A DNA stretch of 64,000 bases from Omnitrophica bacterium RIFCSPLOWO2_12_FULL_50_11 (lineage in GTDB: Bacteria; Omnitrophota; Omnitrophia; Omnitrophales; Danuiimicrobiaceae). The DNA lies in the NCBI GenBank assembly GCA_001804315.1, contig MHFT01000024.1, positions 13,610-77,609 of the forward strand, written 5' to 3'. The translations under genes and the position numbers were made by a program. This document shows, piece by piece, positions 58,153 through 64,000 of this stretch (the stretch's first letter is position 1; every line of letters begins with the position of its first letter). The notes below the pieces were generated by a model that was not told the origin of the DNA, searched no databases, and was given only the letters and a program-made list of their open reading frames with translations.

Positions 58153-59504
58153 ATTCTGGCCACCCCCTGAAAGAGGTTGTAATCTTCCTTTTGGAGAAGT
58201 CCTGCGGTGATCAGCCGGTCGAGGAAGCGGGGCCTCACCCCCGTAAAGCGAAAGTCGCCGACCACCTTGCCTTCTCGTGAAACCCCTTTTTGTTCGAAAA
58301 CGACGATGTCATGCATTGCGACTACCTCTTCTTCCATTCCGGTCACTTCTGATAATGACACCATACGACGGACCCCATCACTCATCCGGCTCACCTGAAT
58401 GACGACATCAATGGCGGAAGCCATCTGCCGATTGATTGCCCATTCGACCAGGTTGCTCTCTGCCATCAAGATCATCGTCTCCAGCCGGTAGAGCGCGTCG
58501 CGGGGGGAGTTGGCATGAACCGTGGTGAGGGAACCTTCATGGCCCGTGTTCATCGCTTGAAGCATATCGAGCGCTTCTGCTCCCCGTACCTCGCCTACAA
58601 TGATTCGGTCCGGTCTCATACGAAGCGCATTACGTACAAGGTCTCGCTGATGAATAGATCCACGACCTTCTAAGTTTGCAGGCCGCGTTTCAAGACGGAC
58701 CACATGACGCTGCTGGAGCTGGAGTTCAGCAGCATCTTCGATCGTAATGATTCGCTCCGAGTTCGGGATGTAACCGGAAAGGATGTTGAGCATGGTCGTT
58801 TTACCGGAACCGGTGCCGCCTGAAATCATGATGTTCAATTTGGCTTTCACGATGAGTCCAAGTAGTTTTGCGATCGGTTCGTTGATCGTTCCGAAACTAA
58901 TCAAGTGCCCGGTTTTCAGCGGATCGGTTTTAAACTTCCGAATCGAAAGAGAAGGACCGTTCAGTGCCAAAGGCGGAATAATCGCGTTCATGCGCGAACC
59001 GTCCGATAGCCGGGCGTCGACCATCGGCTGCGACTCGTCAATCCGGCGGCCGACGTGTGAAACGATGCGGTCGATGATTTGCCTCAGATGCGCTTCGTTT
59101 CGGAACACAACATCTGTCAGCTCCAGCTTCCCGAAGCGCTCCACAAATACCTGCTTGGGATGGTTGACCAAGATATCGCTCACGGTCGGATCCGAAAGAA
59201 GCGGTTCGAGCGGGCCTAAACCGAACGTTTCGTCCTCGACTTCTCTGAGCAGTCTTTTTTCTTCGCCCCGGTTGAGTGGAATCCGTTCCTGGAGGAGCAG
59301 CTTTTCTAAGATCGCGCGGATTTCATGCTGAGCCTTTTCACGATCCAGTCGTACGAGATTGCTGACGTCGATCCGGTTGATGAGTTCGCTGTGAATCTTA
59401 GCCTTAAGCTCTTGAAATAGTTTTTCGCCCTTTGCGGATACGGCATCTCTCAGATTTCCGTTCTGAGGTACTTGCTCTGCTCTAAGGCGTTCGCGGAGTG
59501 ACAT
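58149..59504 (-). CDS. cpaF: Tad pilus ATPase CpaF/TadA
   Basis: GGTGSGKTT, IEDAAEL, LRMRPDRIIVGEVRG and MNTGHEG. Confidence 0.95.
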   Translation of the reverse strand: MSLRERLRAEQVPQNGNLRDAVSAKGEKLFQELKAKIHSELINRIDVSNLVRLDREKAQHEIRAILEKLLLQERIPLNRGEEKRLLREVEDETFGLGPLEPLLSDPTVSDILVNHPKQVFVERFGKLELTDVVFRNEAHLRQIIDRIVSHVGRRIDESQPMVDARLSDGSRMNAIIPPLALNGPSLSIRKFKTDPLKTGHLISFGTINEPIAKLLGLIVKAKLNIMISGGTGSGKTTMLNILSGYIPNSERIITIEDAAELQLQQRHVVRLETRPANLEGRGSIHQRDLVRNALRMRPDRIIVGEVRGAEALDMLQAMNTGHEGSLTTVHANSPRDALYRLETMILMAESNLVEWAINRQMASAIDVVIQVSRMSDGVRRMVSLSEVTGMEEEVVAMHDIVVFEQKGVSREGKVVGDFRFTGVRPRFLDRLITAGLLQKEDYNLFQGVARI

Positions 59505-60651
59505 GGGCGGTCCCTTTCTTCGTTGTTTCCACGACGAGGGCAGCCAATTTTTGTAATTCTTTCGTCAAATTGGCATTTTTTGCAACCTCGTAAAACGACT
59601 TTCCGTGATTGAGGGCGGAAAAACATGTTGAGAGATCGTCTGGGAGGCGGAAAAATACGTCCGCCGAAAGACTTTTCTGAACGACCGATGGTTCCAGTCC
59701 TCCTTTCATTCCCGAACGATTGAGCACGACCTTGACTTTTTCCGGGCTGTAGCCCAAACGCCGGAACGTATCCAAAGCGTTGCGGGCATTACAGAGGCTT
59801 AAGACATCGGGCGTCGTGAGAAGGAGAATGAGATCAGCAGAATCTAGGTACGTAATGGCAGGTTTCGAAAATTCGTGACCAACATCTGCAATGACGAATC
59901 CAAAGACACCTTTAAGGAACTGGAAAATATCGGAGGTTTGACTCGAAACAATCAATTCACCGTCCTCAGGCTGCTTGGTACAGGGAAGCACGTAGCAGCC
60001 TGAAGGATGAGTGGCAAGCGACTTTTCAAGAAGATTGGTGTCTAGGCGCGCAAAGTTTTCGATCACGTCGATCAGGATGTAATGCGGAGGGAGGTCGAGC
60101 GCGTCAGCCACATTGCCGTGCTGCAGCACCAAATCAAGCAGTAATGTCTTTCCCCATTTGTTCCGTGCAATCTCAACGGCTAAATTGACCGCTGTCAACG
60201 TCGTTCCGGTACCGCCTTTGGTAGAGAAGACCGCAATGGAACGGTGCGTTTCTTCCTCTGTAGACGACGAGTCGCAGGCGCGTTCCAAGTCTACAATTTT
60301 TTGAATGAGTTGTCTGACGTCTTCCGGCCGGATCGGTTCTGTCAGAAAATCGACCGCTCCCATCCTGAAAAATTGAAGAACGCTGTCGACGTCCTTTTCT
60401 TTTGATACCACGGCCCAATGGATGCCTGGAAACTCCTCCGCGATCGCGGCAGCCGTTTGCTGCACCGAATCCGATTTCCCGTCGGTATTGTATATGACAA
60501 GTTGGGGGCGAGCTCGGTCGAGCACCTCCTTAAGGTGGGCAAACGAGATGAGCTCGAGATGAATCGGTACAAATTTCACCTTCCGAATTTCATCCAAGAC
60601 TTTTCCTACCTCTCGATCTTCTCCTACCAATACGACCGAAAGCTCTTTCAT
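59482..60651 (-). CDS. cpaE: CpaE/TadZ (receiver-like plus MinD-like) protein
   Basis: STKGGTGTT...AVNLA, LLDL...G; position in the Tad cluster. Confidence 0.85.
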   Translation of the reverse strand: MKELSVVLVGEDREVGKVLDEIRKVKFVPIHLELISFAHLKEVLDRARPQLVIYNTDGKSDSVQQTAAAIAEEFPGIHWAVVSKEKDVDSVLQFFRMGAVDFLTEPIRPEDVRQLIQKIVDLERACDSSSTEEETHRSIAVFSTKGGTGTTLTAVNLAVEIARNKWGKTLLLDLVLQHGNVADALDLPPHYILIDVIENFARLDTNLLEKSLATHPSGCYVLPCTKQPEDGELIVSSQTSDIFQFLKGVFGFVIADVGHEFSKPAITYLDSADLILLLTTPDVLSLCNARNALDTFRRLGYSPEKVKVVLNRSGMKGGLEPSVVQKSLSADVFFRLPDDLSTCFSALNHGKSFYEVAKNANLTKELQKLAALVVETTKKGTAHVTPRTP

Positions 60652-60690
60652 GAACTTTTTTCTCCTTTCCGCTTCGCCGTCACGCCTGCT

Positions 60691-61347
60691 TCAACCGTTC
60701 CGAACGACCAGCTGAATCATCCCTTGCATCATTGCGGTAACAATCCACTTCGCTTCCGCGGGGCTCACAACGAGCATGACGTCCATCATTTGTTTCCGCT
60801 CGTCTCCTCTCAGCCCAGTGACAGCGGGCTTTTTGTGAACCGCGAGAACCCTGGCATTCTCAACAATCGTTTCTGCCGTCGTGACTCCAGTCGTCTTGAA
60901 GGTAAACAAGGTCACGACATCTACACGGGCTCCCAGCTCGAGCATCTGCAGCAGTCCCTCTGCATGCTCGACAGAAACCGTGACTGCTCTCATGCCGGAC
61001 GGAATCAAGCTCGATAAATTTTCCTCGTTGCGCAGCAGTTTTGATTCCAAGATCGGTTCCTGAGCCGTAATGCTGGTTCTCGCAGTCTTCCCGGAAACGG
61101 AGCGTGTTGACCGGTAGCTTGCCTCAGGCACATTTCCTGCCGGCCACGAAGCAACATCTAATTTATCTTCTGTCAGCTTCTCGCCGATGCCGATCGCATT
61201 TTTTGCTACCACTACCGGGATCGTTGTGACAGGCGCGGCGTGGGAGACAGCCGTACGATCCTTGAGAAGTTGGTACACACTGACGCTCGCAAGCATCGCG
61301 AAAATAACCGCAAAGGTAAGCGGAACGTAGCGCCTTAAACTTTCCAT
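60691..61347 (-). CDS. cpaB: Flp pilus assembly protein CpaB/RcpC
   Basis: SAF domain VVVAKNAI; IPSGMRAVTV; RVDVV; ARVLAV. Confidence 0.88.
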   Translation of the reverse strand: MESLRRYVPLTFAVIFAMLASVSVYQLLKDRTAVSHAAPVTTIPVVVAKNAIGIGEKLTEDKLDVASWPAGNVPEASYRSTRSVSGKTARTSITAQEPILESKLLRNEENLSSLIPSGMRAVTVSVEHAEGLLQMLELGARVDVVTLFTFKTTGVTTAETIVENARVLAVHKKPAVTGLRGDERKQMMDVMLVVSPAEAKWIVTAMMQGMIQLVVRNG

Positions 61348-61569
61348 GTTTTCTCCTTTCTTTGTCTTTGCGTCATCACGAATCCGTCGTCATTGCGAGG
61401 CCAGCGATCCTAGCAATGGCCGAAGCAATCCGCACGATCCGTCATTACGAGGAAGTATGCCAAGCAATGACGAAGTAATCTCGGATGCGAGATTGCTTCG
61501 GCAACTCCTGGGATACTGCCTCGCAATGACGGGCGAGGGATCAGCCTGGATTGCATCCTCGCAATGACG

Positions 61570-62088
61570 TCAGAGCACAAACAAGACAAAAAGCGTTCCA
61601 CAGCCGATCGCGCAGGCATATGGAATTTTGAGGCGCTTATCGTTTTGCGCGCCTTCAACTTCAGGAAGCACTTTCCTCGTTAAAAAGAAAAATAAAGCCT
61701 TGTCCTTGATATTCCGAAGCGTTTTCCTGAATGCTTTTCCTTTGATCATCGCCGCGACTGAAAAAATCCCGCCAAACACAGCGCTCGCAAGGAAAATCTG
61801 GAATACGAGTGCGGGACCGAGAAGGCTTCCGACCGCTCCCACTAGCTTCACATCGCCTCCACCGACACCGCCCCACGCAAATGGGAAGTAAAGAAATAGA
61901 ATTCCCACAATGAGACCAAAAAAACTTTGCTTCAGTCCTGGAAGGCCTTCACTCCAATAACCTAGAATAAGACCGAGCACAATCATCGAGAGAGTAAGCG
62001 CGTTTGGAATTTTTCTCGTTTTCCAATCGCACAAAGCAGCAGCAGCTGCGCCCGTTACTGCAATGTAAATCTGAATCATTGTATTCAC
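61570..62088 (-). CDS. cpaA: A24 prepilin peptidase CpaA/TadV
   Basis: DWKTRKIPN, GGGDVKL and IPYACAI. Confidence 0.9.
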   Translation of the reverse strand: MNTMIQIYIAVTGAAAAALCDWKTRKIPNALTLSMIVLGLILGYWSEGLPGLKQSFFGLIVGILFLYFPFAWGGVGGGDVKLVGAVGSLLGPALVFQIFLASAVFGGIFSVAAMIKGKAFRKTLRNIKDKALFFFLTRKVLPEVEGAQNDKRLKIPYACAIGCGTLFVLFVL

Positions 62089-62283
62089 CTCCTTTTGTCA
62101 CTCTCTTTTTCTGCTCCCTCTAAGCTGCCGTCATCCTGAGGCCCGAAGGGCCGAAGGATCTCGTCGTGGATCCTTCGGCAGCGCTTTGGTGAGCTGCCTC
62201 AGGATGACAGCGCCAAGTTGTGCCGCGCCGGATGGTTCGCGGACAAGCACGCGAACCATCCGGCATGTGACACATCTTCGCCC

Positions 62284-62478
62284 TTATGGTGCAGGTGGCG
62301 TCGGCGGCGTTGCGTCTTCGAGTGCAGAGTCTACTGCCGTGAAGAACCCCGCAATGCGCGGTCCGAGTACCACCAGAACGGCGATTACTGCGATCGAAAT
62401 GAGCGCGATCAAAAGACCATATTCCACCATGGTCTGACCGTTTTCATCTCTTAAAAGTCGCGTCAACATGTTTTTCAC
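62284..62478 (-). CDS. flp: Flp type IVb pilin
   Basis: DENGQTMVEYGLLIALI. Confidence 0.93.
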   Translation of the reverse strand: MKNMLTRLLRDENGQTMVEYGLLIALISIAVIAVLVVLGPRIAGFFTAVDSALEDATPPTPPAP

Positions 62479-62494
62479 CCCCTTTCAAGGGGCG

Positions 62495-62544
62495 AAAAAC
62501 AAAGAGCCGAACCAACCCCGAATTACTGCGGTTAGTTCGGCTCT
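62495..62544 (-). terminator. Intrinsic terminator in the flp leader (riboswitch expression platform)
   Basis: Stem 62503-62517 / 62530-62544 followed by TTGTTTTT on the minus strand. Confidence 0.75.
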
Positions 62545-62597
62545 GTTGTACGCGACTTAGAAGCGATTCACGGTCCGACCTAACACCGCACCTAACA

Positions 62598-62853
62598 TTC
62601 GGCAACCTGCCTACCTTATCCCCCAACCGTCATTGCGAGGATGCAAGCCCAAGCATGGGCCGAAGCATTACATCGCACCGTCATTGCGAGGCAGCAAACC
62701 GAAGCATTGCCGAAGCAATCTCGCGTTCTGAGATTGCTTCGTCATCGCCTGGATTGCATCCTCGCAATGACGGTTGGGGGACTTAGGCGCACGGCTTTGC
62801 GTCCCTGCCTTTCGGCGACCGCCCAAACCACTGGCGGAGGTTTGCTATTATCG
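62598..62853 (-). ncRNA. c-di-GMP-I (GEMM) riboswitch with a REP element inserted in its second stem
   Basis: Minus strand: CGATAATAGCAAACC...GCCGAAAGGCAGGGACGCAAAGCC...GCCTAAG [insert] GGTAGGCAGGTTGCCGAA. Confidence 0.8.
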
Positions 62854-63048
62854 TGGTTAGTTGCTGTGCTCTCTGCTCTTCGCCTTAAATTTTGCTACAG
62901 CTTTCAAAGAACATCTCTTTAGGTCATCCTGAGGCCGCGATCCGTAGGGCGGCCGAAGGATCCAGTCAGGATTCTTCGGCAATGCCTGGGTTACAGCCTC
63001 AGAATGACGGACGGCCTTTTTTGTGATCCACCCGACATCTGCTTTACA

Positions 63049-64000
63049 CTACAAAACAAGACGTGTTTTCTGTAAACTGTTGTTTTCCGGCGCATCCGGA
63101 TGTGTGATCAAAGCGGAGGAATTCACTGAAATTAATTCCGCCCTGACATAGCGCTCTGATTGTGAGCCTGTGAAATTCACATCCACTATTCTTACAGCCA
63201 AGATGGCGATGACGTTGTACAGGGCATTGGCACCTTGCCCGCTCACGCCGTTGTGCACCGGCAGAAAGACTTCTTTATCCAAGATGGCCTGAAAGGCTTC
63301 GGCAACCGATTCGCCCCTGATGCCGGTCGTTCCCTCTACCTCGACTGAGCCCCATACACCCACGCCGTCTCCGGCCGGAATCGCAAAGTCTTGATCGTAT
63401 CCGTTTTCAATCCAGTCTTGAAGCTCGTCGTTACTGTTTGAGCCGCCGTTGAAATCGAGATACCAAAAATTTCCAGGGGCCTCGTTTCTCGGAAGGATAT
63501 CGACAGTGAGTCCGAGATCAAATTCTCCGTCGCCGTCTTGATCCACGATCAAATCCCGCGCCGCGAGCGGAATTAAACCCCCTCTTGCACGCACACCGAC
63601 GACGCCGGATTCTGTGACGGCAATAGACACGGCCTGTACGTTTGAGGTGTCCTTTCCGAACAACCTTGCAAAAAAAAGTGTAAGCGGACCAGAAAGGGAG
63701 CCTTCCGTTCTTTTCGCATTCACCGTGATTGCGTTTGTAGGGGTTTCGCCCGGCAGAAATTGTTCTGCATTCAAGTCGTAATAGCCGAATGCGATATCGC
63801 CGGAATCAATGAGAATCGGGGAACCGGCTACTCGATGAGTTTCTCCAAAACTGACCGCTGTTTGGCGGGCTTGAGCCAGCCCGTTTTGGATGTCCACGAC
63901 CGCCGCAAGAGCAGCAGAATCTGCGACATTTTGAAGTTCGGCTTTCGTGACAAAAATATGTCCGAAATCCGCTACGAGTGCAAAGAACGTAATGAAGGCA
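63049..64000 (-). CDS. TadG-like pilus-associated protein (5' end lies outside the window)
   Basis: The frame extends to the window edge (FALVADFGHIFVTKAELQNVADSAALA); LFFARLFG; PGNF..LDF. Confidence 0.8.
   Translation of the reverse strand, partial: AFITFFALVADFGHIFVTKAELQNVADSAALAAVVDIQNGLAQARQTAVSFGETHRVAGSPILIDSGDIAFGYYDLNAEQFLPGETPTNAITVNAKRTEGSLSGPLTLFFARLFGKDTSNVQAVSIAVTESGVVGVRARGGLIPLAARDLIVDQDGDGEFDLGLTVDILPRNEAPGNFWYLDFNGGSNSNDELQDWIENGYDQDFAIPAGDGVGVWGSVEVEGTTGIRGESVAEAFQAILDKEVFLPVHNGVSGQGANALYNVIAILAVRIVDVNFTGSQSERYVRAELISVNSSALITHPDAPENNSLQKTRLVL

Noticed and set aside
62641-62922. 93-aa plus-strand ORF
   Set aside because: Consists of REP sequence and the antisense strand of the riboswitch

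Overview
Bacterial chromosomal window (about 50% GC), most likely from an Omnitrophota-like organism. That assignment is inferred from the giant gene, the Tad locus and the REP-rich intergenic DNA. Housekeeping genes (ygfZ-like, mutY, pyrE, SDR, iscS, ilvD, mqnD, M24 peptidase, split transketolase, folA, thyA, sodC) and a Tad/Flp pilus cluster with a c-di-GMP-I riboswitch flank a single stop-free 22.9-kb ORF (14798-37675, 7625 aa). This ORF looks like a cassette-built polyprotein. It starts with a signal-like segment and a putative TraB/TIKI/EreA/RRSP-like domain that is shared with the 1035-aa ORF at 752-3859. About 30 in-frame R-[ASPG]-E-[VMALTI]-R motifs follow, separating unrelated cargo modules: Mpv17-like membrane domain, glucan phosphorylase plus CBM, tandem XRE HTHs, RpoD-like and FliA-like sigma factors and HEAT repeats. 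The frame also reads through hairpin linkers, REP elements and complete antisense genes with their own promoters or RBS (hicBA, two paralogous coiled-coil genes and a 38-aa membrane peptide). TA modules flank the giant gene on both sides. No rRNA, tRNA or CRISPR array was seen. All calls come from manual motif recognition; no searches were run.
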